Source of the DNA: the human T2T-CHM13v2.0 reference genome, Homo sapiens
NCBI RefSeq assembly: GCF_009914755.1
Contig: NC_060933.1
Length of the DNA stretch: 64,000 nt
Direction: 5' to 3' (one strand)
Below are positions 29,606 through 45,147 of the stretch, piece after piece. Position numbers and translations under genes: made by a program. Within the stretch, counting starts at the first letter, position 1, and every line of letters starts with the position of its first letter. Below the pieces are notes generated by a model, which saw only the letters and a program-made list of their open reading frames with translations, was not told where the DNA came from and searched no databases.

Positions 29606-30061
29606 CTATTAAAAAAAATTAAAATTTAGCCATTAAAACATACTATAATACTTAGGAACAATATATTACTAGAATCTGATACCTTGTTATGAATAAAAGG
29701 CACAAATAACAAATATTATTTATTATTTTTAGTCACTAACTTTAAGTAATTTTCAAGTACATTCCACAACATTTAAGGTCATAAAGTTTTTCGATCTGAA
29801 ATGACAACCCCAAGGTCACAAAGGTGCTTCATGAGGCATGAACTGGAGTTTTTCTGATCTTTCCCCATGAAATTTCAGCATGCATCCTCTAAAGATATGA
29901 GACCCTCTGAACGTAACTGATAACATCTGTCTTTACGGATTTCATGCGATGACAAAACCAAATAAAAACAACTTCCTAGAAGAATTACAATACAATTATA
30001 AATGATGGTAGAGACTAATCAGAAGTAACAGTCACCCTTCTATGCTATATGGATTACAGAC

Positions 30062-30184
30062 CTTCACATACTGTCCTGCGAAATCTGTCACCTCCGTTGT
30101 GAAGCAGCCTGAAGCATCCACAGGGCAAACAGGGAGTGAGTCTTTCCGAATAATGTTAAAGTCCATACAGACCCGATAGTCCTC
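30062..30184 (-). CDS. IARS1: IARS1 exon 11 (EDYRVCMDF...AGQYVK), 123 nt
   Basis: tctcag|GAGGAC ... GTGAAG|gtctgt; cumulative 1113. Confidence 0.97.
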
Positions 30185-31096
30185 CTGAGAAAAGGCAAAA
30201 GAGAGGGAAGAATAAAACAGTCTATGTATGGGTGTGAGCATGAGGTAATAGATTCCCAAGATAATTGTTCTATATTGTAACATATACATTTCATCAACTT
30301 TGTCCTGTAAACTGAAGGTAACTCAAGACCATTCGGAGAATCAGACCCTCACAGTTGGACAGGGGTTAGGTCACCCAGTCTAGTCTTCTCAAATATTATT
30401 TCCCAGACCTCCATATGTAGCAGAGTATCCACTAAATGAGAAGATAGATGACATACATCAATTTTTTAAGTGAAAGGAATTAAGAAAGTAAAGCAATAAA
30501 GAATGGCTACTCCATAAGCAGAGCAGCCACACAGGAATGTTTTAAAACTAAATCAAATTTGATTTATAACAGCAGCACACACATCTGAAAAACCAAAAAT
30601 TTCCTATTTTACAGATAGGAAAGTCGAGGTACCAAGAAGTAACTCAGCTATGAAGCAGCAATGCTAGGATTCAAAACCAAACAGCCTGGCTCCAGAGTCT
30701 ATAGTCTTCATCACTGTGTTATGATGCCTAAATATAAAATTAAAGAGATTGCCTTATGTTGGTGAAACCACACTCTGGGTTGACTCCAAGACAAGCTGGA
30801 AAGCTGACATGCTTCCACCTGGATCTGTGTTCACCTCTCCCTGTGCTGAGGCTGACTGGTGTGGTGTCATGTGGGTAGACAGGAAAAGCCCCTAAGTGCA
30901 GCAATTTGAACCACTGAGTGTGGAGCAAGTAACTTTACCCAGTGCATTAAGCTAAGAGCAGCATTCCTGAATGCATCCAGAACCAGTGATGTTCAACAGG
31001 ATGACGCACAAGTGCACAGACTCTGCGAAGATCAAACACTACCCTTGCCTGGTGAAGACAAGTGCAACGGAAGGCCTCTCAGAAAATGTTTACCAA

Positions 31097-31416
<320 letters not shown>

Positions 31417-31553
31417 TTTACCAAATGGTGTTAAAAGCTATAGTTTAAAGAATGAATCTTCTATAACATTAACATGCACAGCATTGAGAATAGATATATG
31501 AGATATAACTCTAGAGTTAATGACAAACACCCACATTTAAAAAAGAAAACCTC

Positions 31554-31678
<125 letters not shown>

Positions 31679-32954
31679 CCCCTACACTACAATTCAAAAC
31701 CAAGAAGTTACCTTTTTATTATCTACTAAGAGTGGGGTAACCATACCAGTTAATTGACCCTAAAATGATTATGAACAATATTTGACTAGTTCCTAAAACT
31801 CTTAAGTAGTATTATCAAGAATGCTTCCTTCCATCAAAATGGACCAGGTATTAGGTGATTATTAAGGAATTGCTGACTTTATTGGATATTTATACTGAAA
31901 ATAAAAGTCCTTATCAGTCAGAGATGCAGCTAGAATTACTTAGACACGAAAGACATGAGGATGAGGATTTGCTTTTAAATCCTCCAGCCAAAATAAAAAA
32001 GTGTGCTACTGTACAGAGGAAGAAAACGAGAGATTGCCAAAACATTGAGAGTTAATGCAGCTGGATGATGTGAAAAAAAGAATCTATTATCATATTTTCT
32101 TCTGTGTATGTTTCAAGATTTCCATAATAAAAATTCAAGTGATGGTTACACTAAAAGCCCAGATTTTACTACTATACAACATATCAATGTAAAAAAATTG
32201 CACCCGTACCCTCTACATCTATAAAAGTAAAAAATCCCAGAGATTAAGCATGAAAGCAAAATGGCAGATGAGGGCAGACTACTGCCACTGCCTTTTAGAA
32301 CAAAGTCACATTTCCAATCCCTCTCACTGACAAAACGATCAAGCCTAGAGGAATGTGTATGTAGGTGCTACACCATGCTACACCATGCTACAGAGGAGGC
32401 AAAAGAAGTCCAGATAGGCCAGGCAACTTACCCAGGAACTGCCCGTTAGTGGCAGTGCCATGATTTAAGGTGAGAGGTGGTTTACTGTAAAGCATGTGCC
32501 TTTATGTTATTCTGTTTTTATTCATACACAAATTACATAAAAAGGAATGTGTTTTTAGAAAAATTATTCTAGTCAAAATATAAAATTAACTGTAGAGTAC
32601 TGTTTTGAGGGGAGAGGTCAGATTCCCCCTTCTGAACATTTAATTAAGAACACAGCAGAGGTGATGGGAATGGTCTGTATCTTGGTGGCTGAGGCACCTG
32701 CACGTCTCTAGATGCCTGTCAAAACTCACGGAACTGCACACCAAAAAGAGTTTACTGGATTTGGCCCACTCTTTCCAGAAATCAGCTTAGGATGAAAGGG
32801 AATTGCAGATGCAAATTTTACAAGCCATCTTGCAGGCAGTGAGCCAGAAAAGAGGCCAACCTGGTAACCCAACATGATGAGACACAGGACTCCGCATCTA
32901 TGAAAAGTGGCTACCGACATACTCAAATACATTTGCCAGACTTATGCTACTCAC

Positions 32955-33050
32955 AGCACCGAAGTAAGGAGCTTGGTGGACAACCCCTGTGCCTTCTTCT
33001 TCCTTCACATAGTTGTCAACAAGCACAGTGAAAGCGCCATTCTCTTTACA
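32955..33050 (-). CDS. IARS1: IARS1 exon 10 (CKENGAF...GTGVVHQAPYFGA; CP1 editing domain), 96 nt
   Basis: ttccag|TGTAAA ... GGTGCT|gtgagt; cumulative 990. Confidence 0.97.
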
Positions 33051-35728
33051 CTGGAAAGAAAGGACAGCAGGCTTCAGGGATGAAACATTACTGTGTTACA
33101 ACGTTAACTTTGTAACAGTTTTTCCTAAGAACCTGAAAATGCTTTTAACCGGTAAAATTATTTTCAGAAATAGAAAAGAAAGAATAATGCAGGCTGGGAA
33201 GAAACATGCTAATTCAATACATTTTTCCCATAAATAAAAAGTTACCACTTATAAACGAAATAATTATCTGGAGAATGGCAGATAAAAATTTCTAATTTCC
33301 TTGGTTACAAACGTGTTTTTCATTAGTTCTCCCTCCCCCAACTTTTTGTCCCTATGCAGTTTAGGATACAGTCTCAGAAAGCATGCTCCCTAAATTGTTC
33401 ACTTCCTGGTACATTTTCAATCACTGCATATGTTTTGCTTCTCTTTCTCCTTTCAACTCAGCTCAAGTTATTCAGTCATAAAGGCAAATCTTGAAAGGAA
33501 CAGGTGGGAGCCACGAGTAGTAAGTTCTACTTACAGGTACTCCACCACCTTAATACTCAGGGGAAATGTGTTCAATTTCATTTTCTTTGCAACAGCAATA
33601 TCATCATGTTAATACATATAATGCTAACAGACCTACTCTACTTTCATCTTTTTACATTTCTTTCCACAAACCCTTGTTTCTGCCAAACTGGCCCTTTGAT
33701 GTCCTTCCTTTTTGCATTGGTAAAAAGTACTTTCACAAGTGATTTTCACATTTAACTCCTATAATTCTGTGAACAAGCTATTAGTAGTCCCATGTCTTAA
33801 AAATATTCTGGCTGTATTTGCATTTCACAGATGAGCAAGCTCAGAACAAAGATTAAACTTAGTCTTATCCAAATCACACAACCAGCAATGATGAAGCCAG
33901 GACATGGAACAGGTCTTCTGGTTGCAAATACAATGTTATTTTCAATTACATCACAGCACTCGGTTTCTTTGGAACTTAAAACTAAACTTGAAAAATAACC
34001 ATAAAATTTTAATTGTTGTAACCTAAATCACCTTGAAACATTTTAGAAGTTATAGTATGATAGGTGCTAAAACTTCGATAGTTTAAACAGAAAGACAGAA
34101 TACATGGGTCCTTAGAATTACATGTATACTTAGTTACATGTTCTATACTTAGAAGCAGTATAGACAAAGTCACTGCATCTTGTCTCTCAGGGTCTACTTT
34201 GGGCCTACCCAGGCCATGGCTGGGCTGCTTCCACCCAGGTCAGTAGATACCAACCACCAGGAGCAGCAGTGCTGCTCCATAGGCAGTGTCCGCTGACTCA
34301 GCTTCCCTCGATATTTCACAACAGGTATATTTCAGTGAACATCAGATGATTCCGTCCTGGGTCAAACGATTTATAGTACTTGCCTAAAGTCACCGAAGGT
34401 TTCAGGTAGTTTAAGAAGCTTATTTAATGAGTAGGTGTTATTCAACTTAATACCTACCAAGTGCATATTCCAGACAGACCTCTACTTAACCTAAAGTTCC
34501 TGTCTAGTGTATCCATGTGCATTCTTTCAGGGGGTTGAGTTTTTGGGTTCTCAATAGGTTTTGTGATTCAGAAAGGTGAGAGTCACTGATCCAGTGGAAG
34601 AGATTTCAGATAATAAAAAAAATACAACATAAAACAAAGTATGTTAAGCTATATGATAGGAGAATGGAATGAAGTAATGACATTTTTCCAAGGGAGAAAC
34701 CAAAGATGCATTTCAGAAAACTTTCAGAGGACATCTGAGTTCAGACCTGAAGGGTGAGTTAACTCAGCAGATATCAACATAAGAAAAAAATAAAGACTTT
34801 TAAGACAGTAGGAAAACTTAATTAAAGAAAGGCAGGGAAGCAGGAAAGGGAAGAGCCAGTTTGACTGAATAAAGGATATGTCTAAAGTAATGTGGGAGGA
34901 TGTGGTCAGGAAGCAGCTCTGCCACATACCGACTGGGGAGGGCACGTCCTAATTGCTGGTAAATAACTAACGCCTGTAGGGAGGAATGGGATGAGGGCAG
35001 AACATATGGAAATCCACTGGGCAGCAACGTGGGAGGAGGAAGAAGGCTATCAAGTAGGCAACGAGAAATGTGGGAAAACACTCAAGAGGCACAAAAGTGA
35101 AAAGGCAGGTAACAGACACACCATGGATAGGGCCCAAACCACAGAGGTCTCCTTAATCAACCAGACTCTCCCCACACGGAACAGAAACAACTGAGGGTTC
35201 AGCGAACATTTTTTTCTGGGATGGGACGTAAGTGATATGTCCAGTTGATTATTATTTCCACATAAGGCCAGGTCTGCTCATTATCTCATTTCAAGACCTT
35301 TAAATAAGGACGGAGAAATTCCTCTTTGACACTATTCTTTCGGTGAGAGAGTGTGGGAGTGGGGACAGCAGGGTTTGCAACTGTAGCTGTGGATTCTCCA
35401 CTGTCAGAAAATAAAACCACATAAAACAACTTTATGACTCTGAAGAAACTAAGGTGCTAAATGTATGAGCTCTGTCGTGGTGCCTAGATTTAAAACACCT
35501 GCCTCATTAACCTCCTTGAAATAAAATTGTGTTTACCTTTCCACATGATGTTTTACTGTGATTACTATCTTAACTTTGTCAAAACAAACAAACAAACAAA
35601 AACCTCAATAAATACCCTGGGTGATATGTAGACTACATGCAATAAAAATATACACCTAAAAATCCAATCAAATGTAAAATGATTCCTCATACAATTTGAG
35701 AAAAATATTCAAATAAAAAATCCCAGCT

Positions 35729-36238
<510 letters not shown>

Positions 36239-36391
36239 CTACACAAACAATTTAATTTTGTTGGTACTAAAGCAGACTTTCTGGATTCAGGTACACTCAT
36301 AAAAGTAATGTCAATTCCACTTCTCACAACACCCCAGCTATCAAATAATCAGATTGTGGAGAGCGCCCACAGTAGCGGTCCCTAAGCTTAC

Positions 36392-36452
36392 CTTCAGGAA
36401 ATAGTCAAACAGGGGCCTGTACTTCTTGCCTTTAAGATAGGCACCAGGAAAT
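36392..36452 (-). CDS. IARS1: IARS1 exon 9 (FPGAYLKGKKYRPLFDYFLK), 61 nt
   Basis: ttctag|ATTTCC ... CTGAAG|gtaagc; cumulative 894. Confidence 0.96.
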
Positions 36453-36727
36453 CTAGAAAAGGAGAAAGGCAAACTCACAATTAGATTAAAATCAAATATG
36501 AGGCTGCAGCCACATCAAGCTACCACTCCCCTCTGGTTTACTGGCTTCTTAGCCCTAGCCATTCATGCTGTAATGTGTGACTGCAAAGTACTTAGTATAG
36601 TATTAGTACTTAAAACTAAATTTGAATAATGCAAGCTTTTGGATAACAAAGTTTATTTCTTTTTAAAACTAAAGACACACATACAGACACATGCACACAA
36701 ACACAGAGCAACTATTTGAATATTCAC

Positions 36728-36815
36728 CTTTCAAGGATCTCATAGTCACTCTCCAATTTATAGAGGGCTGACAATCTGGCTTCCATTAAAATGAGTAATC
36801 GTCCTCTGGCAACAT
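36728..36815 (-). CDS. IARS1: IARS1 exon 8 (VARGRLLILMEARLSALYKLESDYEILE), 88 nt
   Basis: tcgtag|ATGTTG ... TGAAAG|gtgaat; cumulative 833. Confidence 0.96.
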
Positions 36816-38189
36816 CTACGAGAAAAAGGAAAAACATGGACTTGGGTTATATTCTGAACTTGGCTGATTCCAAAGACATGCATCAAGCATACTTTTGTCC
36901 TGAGGAGCTCCTGTACCATGTGCCTCTACTGTACCCAGTACTCACAGAGAAATACTGCAAAGAACACTATGGTATACTGCTTCCCAAACATGAAAATGAC
37001 AAAAACATCAAATGCACTTAGGCAGTTGGTAGTTATTATTTATCGCTCAGATATCCATTTTAAGTAAATCTTTATTTTTTCCTTCATAAGGTAAACATGT
37101 CAATGTTTAAAAATAACATTGACAAAGTAGCTCACAAATTAAGTGCCACATATCACCCCCTCTCAGACATTCTCATTTGGGTGTCTATGGATCCGGATAT
37201 TTTTCTATGTATATACAAACAAACATATAGGTAAATGTGTAAGTTCTTTTTATTTTTCTAATTGAGGTAATATTCTATCTGATTTTGTAGCTTTTCACTT
37301 AATATACTGTCAACATACTTCCATGTATTAGCACATACAGACTTTTCTCATCCTTTTAAAGAGCTCTATGGGACGCTATTTTATAGAGGTACGAATTATT
37401 TCTAACAAGTTGACAGACACTTAAATTGCTTTCAAATTTTCACTACTATGAACACTGGCATGATGAATGTCCTTGATGCATCTGTGTACCCTTATTGTAA
37501 GTGTTTCTGGAGGATACCTGGGGCATCCTAGGAAAAGAAAAGCTGGAGCAAATGTATGAACAGTTAAAACTTTGATACTGAAAATCTAGGCCAATTTAAA
37601 CTCTCATCATAAGCTATGATATTACACATCTGAGATTTACTAGAGCCTATGTCATATATTTAGTTCACTATAAGAAAAATGAGTATCTATGGGTCATTGT
37701 AAAAGCCTTTCCAATTTATTGAAAAACTGCTATGAATAAGGCTGCCACTCCCTAGCTCTGACCTCACAGGAACTTCATTGTAAGTGGGGACCACAGTTTC
37801 TGATAAAGCTCAGATACAAAGTCTGCCAAGCACAAGAGTTATACACAGGTAGATGGGTGATGTGTTTTGAGATCTCAGTCAGGTGGCTGCTGAGATTGTC
37901 AAGCTCACCACAGAATGGCTAGTGACCCACCAGTGACATAGGGAAATTGTGCAGATGGGACTGTCCTTGCTCCAGAGAAGCAGCTGCAGACACCTGAGCC
38001 AGGCCTCTTTGTGGCCAACAGCTTTCCAGTAGGTCAACTCTTAGTCCTATTTGCTCCCAGGAAAGAACAAATAAAAAACTCCCTCCGTACCTTTTTTCTG
38101 GCACCCAATCTTTCCCCATTCCTTTCTCAATATTTTTCCCTTGCCAACACAAGCTATTGTTCAATCAAGTTGACTGTTTTAATACAACT

Positions 38190-38765
38190 ATTTTTAAAAA
38201 TCATGGTAACCATTCTTACACAGAATTAAATACATCTACAATGTTGTGTAATCATTACCATTATCAATACCCTAAACCTTTTCATTTTCCTATACTGAAA
38301 CTCTGTACTCATTAAACAATAACTCCCCCTTCCCTCCCAGCCTCTGTCAACCACCATTCTACTAGTCTTTGCTCTCTGAAGTTCACTTCTCGATACCTCA
38401 TATAAATAGAATCATGTAGTATCTGTCTTTTGGTGACTGGCTCATTTTAATTAGCATAATGTCCTCCAGGTTCATTCAAGGCATAGCCTGTATCAGAATT
38501 TCCTTTCTTTTTTAGGCTGAATAATATTCCACTGTACGTAAATACCCTATTTGGTTTATTCATTTATCCAATGATAGACACTTGGGTTGCTTCTATCTTT
38601 TGACTACTGTGAATAATGCTCCTATGAACACGGGTGTACAAGTAACTGTTCAAGACTGCTTTCAATTCTTTGGGGAAAACACTCAGAAGTGAAATTGCTG
38701 GGCCATAGTGTCATCTCATTCAGCTTTTTGAAGAAATGTCACTGCCTTCCACAGCAGCTGTGCCA
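38190..38765 (-). mobile_element. Old L1 3' fragment
   Basis: ttagcataatgtcctccaggttcatt...aggctgaataatattccactgta...gtgaataatgct. Confidence 0.82.
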
Positions 38766-39274
38766 TAGCTTTTTTCATGGCAATGAGTTTTTCTCTTTTT
38801 CTTTTACCGCCACAAAACTACCAAACCTGAAGGTATATTTGTTCACAAAGTACCAATCTTCTTTTTAAATCTCGGAAAGGCCCTCGTTGAGACTGGTAAC
38901 TCTCTACCAGGGGACATTTGAAAGGCAAAAAGTTCTCAAGTTCTGGTATCAATTGCTAGTAACGACGTGATGCCACATCGCTGAATCTTAGATTCTTCAT
39001 CTGTCACAGGGGCATGGTGTGGAAAAATGTACTATAAACTGGAAATTATAAGAAAATTTTATGTTCTACTTTTTATATCTCTGTACTATTTTAATTGTTT
39101 TGTTAGTTTTCAATTAGAAATGAAAACAAATGTTTAAAGTTATTTTTCTAATTAAGTCAGATTGTTTTCAAATAATTCTATTCTTCATGCAAAAAGAAAG
39201 GTAAGCTTTCATATTTTCCAAAATATAAAATTATCTTATCCATATTAATCATAAGTAACCAGCCTCCCACTTAC

Positions 39275-39422
39275 CTTTAATTTTCACATATTGCATTTCT
39301 GGATTAACACACACAGCAAGGTTACTAGGTAGAGTCCAGGGAGTGGTTGTCCAAGCAACTAAAGATACAGTTTCATCTTCTTCCAAAGGGAAAGTTACAA
39401 ATACTGAAGGATCTTGAACATC
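39275..39422 (-). CDS. IARS1: IARS1 exon 7 (DVQDPSVFV...[11 protein letters not shown]...VKIK; threonine-rich editing motif), 148 nt
   Basis: tttcag|GATGTT ... TTAAAG|gtaagt; cumulative 745. Confidence 0.97.
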
Positions 39423-39664
39423 CTGAAATAAATTGAGGTAAAGTATTGTTTTAGAAATCCACAATAACAGACACCTAAGAAAAAGGAACTACTCCTAAAG
39501 AGGAATAAAATAAATCTTCAGGGTAAACCGAAGAAACCACTTACCAGACTTACAAACAGAAAATAGCAAGAAATTCCAAGTAAAAAAATTTTTAAATACT
39601 TTAAAAAATGTTTTAATCATCACCTTAGTAGTCTCAAAAATAATGTCTTTTGACACCTGGTGAC

Positions 39665-39962
<298 letters not shown>

Positions 39963-40826
39963 TCTGGTAACTTTTTAAAGTAATGTCTAAGTAGGAACAT
40001 ATGATGGAGGTTTCAGTATTATGATTATCTATTTTGTAAGTCCATCAAGAGTTAGATCAAAAAGATAACTGTTCTGGAATATGGTTATCTTTTTGCCCAA
40101 AATACCAAAAAGATCCTACTGAAGCAACACATACTTGAAATTGTAACAGACCCATATAAATTCAGCTCATTAAATAAGAACAAGATTGTCTCCAACTTTA
40201 CGGAAATGTTTCAACACAAAAATATCAAGGATTTAAAAATAAATAGCTCTAAGGTAGGAAAAAAAAAATCAATCCCCAACAAAAACCAACTGCAATTTAA
40301 ATAAAGTGACACGAGAGCCATTAGTCACATGTAAAACATCAGACAAACTTGAAATAAGAGACACTACTATTGGCCTGTACCTCCTCAAATATGTCAGTAT
40401 TATGAGGCATAAAGAGACTAAAGAGCTCTTTAAGATTAAAGAAGGCTGGAGACATACCACTGCATGAAGCACACAATGTAGGTCTTTTTTGTTTTTCTTT
40501 CCTTCTTTTTTTCTTGTTAACTATAAAGGACACTGCTGGGACAAGCAGAACCCAATAAGATCTACACATGAGGTAATACAGCATCAATGTTAATTTTCTA
40601 ACTCCAGTTATTTCAAACAATGTTACTGATTTTAGGAAATATATAGTTTTTAGAGGAAAAGGGCCATAATTCCTGCAACTTACTCTCAAAGGGTACTGTG
40701 CCCCACTCCCATAAAAAGAGAGAAGGATAAAGCAAATGTGGTAAAAGGTTAACATTTAGGGAATCTAGTTGAAGGATATAAAGAACTCTCCGCTTTTCTG
40801 TGAGTTTGAAACTACATCAAAATTAA

Positions 40827-41645
40827 TTTTTTTCTTTTCTTTTTTTTTTGAGATGGAATCTCACTCTGTCACCCAAGCTGGAGTGCAGTGACGTGATCTC
40901 AGCTCACTGCAACCCCCACCTCCCAGGTTCAAGCATTCTCCTGCCTCGGTTTCCTGAATAGCTGGGACTACAGGTGTGCACCACCATGCCCAGCTAATTT
41001 TTGTAAAAAATTAAAATTTTTTAGCACGGTGGCTCATGCCTATAATCCTGGCACTTTGGGAGGCCAAGGCAGGAGGATCGCACAAGCTCTGGAGTTTGAG
41101 ACCAGCTGGGGCAATATGGTGAGATCCCATCTCTACAAAGATAAAAAAATTTTCTGGGCATGGTGATGCACATCTGTGGTCTCAGCTGCTCAGGAGGGTG
41201 AGGCTGGAGGATCACTTGAACCCAGGAGGTCAAGGCTGCAGTGAGCTGTGTTTGCACCATTGCATTCCAGCCTAGGTGACAGACTGAAATCCCTTCTCTA
41301 AAAATAAATAAATAAAAGTTTTAAGCCAATACATATATATGTATACTTACATATATACATACACACACATATATATATATATATATATATTTTTTTTTTT
41401 TGAGACAGAGTCTAACTCTGTCACCCAGGCTGGAGTGCAGTAGCACACTTTCGGCTCACTGCAACCTCAACTTCCTGGGCTCATGTCATTCTCTTACTTC
41501 AGCCTGTGGAGTAGTTGGAACTAAAGGTTCACGCCACCACGCCCAGCTAATTTTTGTAATTTTAGTAGAGATGGGGTTTTGTCATGTTGCCCAGGTCGGC
41601 CTCCAAAAGTGCGAGGATTTCAGGTGTGAGCCACTGTGCTTGGTC
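40827..41645. mobile_element. Alu triplet: 40827-41004 (-, right arm), 41021-41317 (+), 41389-41645 (-), with (TA)n/(CA)n at ~41330-41389
   Basis: Three Alu segments in alternating orientation. Confidence 0.9.
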
Positions 41646-41887
41646 AAGTCAAAAAAATTTTAAAAACCCTTGGTTAACAATCAATATACAGACCGCGTAG
41701 AATAGAGGTCAGCAAACCATGGCCCCTGGGCCAAATCTGGCTCATCACTTGTTTCATACAGTGGGTGAGTTAAGAATGGTGACAAAATTGAGAACACTTT
41801 GCCTGAAAAGCCTAAAATATTTAATTTGCAGAGGAAAGTTTCCCAACCTCAGTATTAGAACTAAAAATTAAGTATACTCTGTGACTC

Positions 41888-42180
41888 ACCTGGGCGTGGT
41901 GGCTCACGCCTGTAAAAATACCCGCACTTTGGGAGGCTGAGGCAGGTGGATCAACTGAGGTAAGGAGTTCAAGACCAGCCTGGCCAACATGGCGAAACCC
42001 TGTCTCTACTAAAAATACAAAACTTAGCTGGGCATGCTGGCGGGCACCCGTAATCCCAGCTACTCGGGAGGCTGAGGCAGGAGAATTGCTTGAACCTGGG
42101 AGGAGGGTGCAATGAGCCAAGATCACACCACTGTACTTCAGCCTGGGCATCAGAGTGAGACTCCGTCTCAAAAAAATAAA
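41888..42180 (+). mobile_element. Alu, TSD aagtatactctg
   Basis: Dimer with flanking direct repeat. Confidence 0.93.
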
Positions 42181-42427
42181 AATTAAAACAAAGTATACTC
42201 TGACTCGATAATTCCACTACTTGTTATATAACCAACTGAAACGTGTACAAGACCTAAAAGACAACAGTCACCATGTGTTTAAGTCTTGGTAGATCCTGAT
42301 TTAAAAAAATAAATAAATAAAAATAAAATATAACCCCTTGGGAAATGATTAAACCATTAGAAATATGAACTGATGATGTTCAGGAATTACATAATTTGAG
42401 AATATTAAAATAAAAACTATTAAAGGT

Positions 42428-42728
42428 GGCTAGGTGCAGTGGCTGACACCTGTAATCCCAGCACTTTGGGAGGCCAAGGCGGGTGGACTGCTTGAGCCCA
42501 AGAGTTCAAGACCAGCCCAGGCAACATGGTGAAACCACTCCTATAGAAACACATAAATTAGCCAGGTATGGTGGTATGTTCCTGTAGTCCCAGCTACTCA
42601 GGGGGCTGAAAGGGGAGATCACTTGAGCCCGGGAGGTCAAGGCTGTGGTTAGCCGAGATCGTGCCACTGCACTCTAGCCTGGGTGACATAGCGAGATCCT
42701 ATCTCAAAAACAACAACAACAACAAAAA
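42428..42728 (+). mobile_element. Alu (AluJ-like)
   Basis: Dimer, (CAA)n tail. Confidence 0.92.
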
Positions 42729-43033
42729 GGTAACTGCTGATGACTTTTTAAGGTGTGACAACGAATGCTAACATGGCAATGTTTAAAGAAGATAAAGATT
42801 ATTTATGAAAGATCTATACTGGATTATTTCTTGATGAAATAATATGATATCTGGAATTTGTTTCAGAATTGGAAGGAAAGTGGGAAAGAATATGTGTATG
42901 AATGAGGCAAGATTAGCCAGTCATTGGTGCTGGGGGCCTTAATGGGCCTACAGAAATTAATTATACCATTCTGTTTACTTTTGCATGTCCCTGAAACTGT
43001 CCACATTCAAGTGTTTTAAAAAACAACCAAACA

Positions 43034-43318
43034 GGCCGGGCGCAATGGCTCACAACTGTAATTCCAACACTTTGGGAGGCCAAGGTGGGTGGATCGCAAG
43101 GTCAGGAGTTCAAGACCAGCCTGGCCAAAATGGTGAAACCCTGTCTCTACTAAAAATGCGTGGTGGTGGGCACCTGTAAACCCAGCTACTCCAGAGGCTG
43201 AGGCAAAGAACTGCTTGAATCGGGTAGGTGGAGGTTGCAGGGAGCCAAGATCGCGCCACTGCACTCTAGCCTGGGCGACAGAGCAAGACTCTGACTCAAA
43301 CAAACAAACAAACAAAAA
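43034..43318 (+). mobile_element. Alu
   Basis: Dimer, (CAAA)n tail. Confidence 0.92.
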
Positions 43319-44250
43319 CCAAATATAGCAATATATTAAGATTTGACAAAGGTAAGCCTTGGAAACCTTGTGTTTACCATATCATTCTCTACATTGTTAA
43401 GTGCTTAAAATATTTTACTAAAAAAATACAAACATGAGCACAGAGAGGTGGTAAGGAGATAATAGAAATCATCATACCTGCCTTACAAGGATTTACAAAG
43501 ATCAATCAAACAGGATATGTGAAAGCATTCTATAAATAAAACGTGCTTTGAAAGGCAAATTTTACTAATGTAATTTTCAAACCTAGGCCATGAAACAAGA
43601 ATTCCAAACAAGTCAACATCCTTTAAAAACAGAGGGTCAGATAAACTCTCAAAACTGAAAACAACTCAGTATACACACGAGAAGAGATGGTTCACATTTC
43701 AGAAGACTTACTAGTATATAATATCTGTCTAGATATGGTATAACAATACACTCTGTAAACATCAAACATGTCTAAACACCTCAATCATAGCAACAACAAC
43801 AACTGATTCTATCTCATCAGAGGAAAAATAATACCATTTGGCATCTCAAATTAATTTTTTTCCAAATACCGTTAACAAATAAATGATATCATGAGGTCCC
43901 AGATAAGGCATAAAATTACTCAACCCTTAAGAAACGATGACTACAGGAAGTATGTCAAAGCTGGACTTGTTAACCCAACAGAGAGGCACAAAAATATGGT
44001 CAAAACAAGCAAAACCTATCACATTAAGACACATCATAAATCCAATGTGGAAAAAAAATCCCTCATCTTAACAGAGCCTTAGTATACTAACTGGCAATAT
44101 TTCCAGCACTCAGTAAGAAGTGGTCAAAGTGGTGGATGTCGTGGGCAACATTCCACACTGGGTCTACTTGGGAATACCTACTGTGATCATAACTACTCAG
44201 CTTCCACCTACAAAACTCAATGCTGAATAATGTCTCTACATTTCACGTAC

Positions 44251-44368
44251 CTTATAATTCTGGTGTGACTCGAAGTTGGAAAGTGGAGTGTTACATGCCG
44301 TAGAGAAGGGCATGACTTTCACACCTCTATAAACAAGGCCTTTATCATAGAGTTGTTTGAAGACCCAC
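44251..44368 (-). CDS. IARS1: IARS1 exon 6 ([15 protein letters not shown]...[10 protein letters not shown]), 118 nt
   Basis: taccag|GTGGGT ... TATAAG|gtacgt; cumulative 597. Confidence 0.97.
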
Positions 44369-44598
44369 CTGGTAAGAGATGGAGTTTCACAATTACAGAA
44401 CAAAATTCTATTTCTGAAAATGCAAACATTTATGCCATTTTCTTTTTAGAGTTTCTGTCTGCCAAATAAGTGAAAAAACAATGTCTTTCATTGGGAGACT
44501 GGCTGGTAAATTATAACAGATCAATATAGTAAGACATCAGGCAGACATTAAAATGCTAATATCTACTGATATCGAATGATATTTAACACATAATGTTA

Positions 44599-44916
<318 letters not shown>

Positions 44917-45064
44917 CTACATTCAAAAACAAACCTGTTCCCAAAGATTTTCAGAGAAATAACGATGGACTCAAAAATAAACTGATTCATGCTAGTGCAT
45001 TTTTCCAATTATCAATACAACAGAATAGAATATTTACCATATTTACAATTTTAAATAAACCTAC

Positions 45065-45147
45065 CAGACTGATTCCATGAATTGTGGATACAGAGTTTTA
45101 TAGTCATTGTCAAAGTCAATCCATCGGCCAAGTCTGCTAACAGTAGA
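45065..45147 (-). CDS. IARS1: IARS1 exon 5 ([27 protein letters not shown]), 83 nt
   Basis: ttaaag|TCTACT ... AGTCTG|gtaggt; cumulative 479. Confidence 0.96.

Noticed and set aside
34260-34278. Perfect inverted repeat ggagcagca-g-tgctgctcc containing CAGTGC (IRE-like loop)
   Set aside because: With CAGUGC as the loop the required 5-bp upper stem and bulged C do not form; it reads that way on the strand antisense to IARS1 and is intronic
39536-39560. Two consecutive GTAAGT donor-like sites upstream of exon 7
   Set aside because: No convincing partner acceptor identified; cannot support an exon
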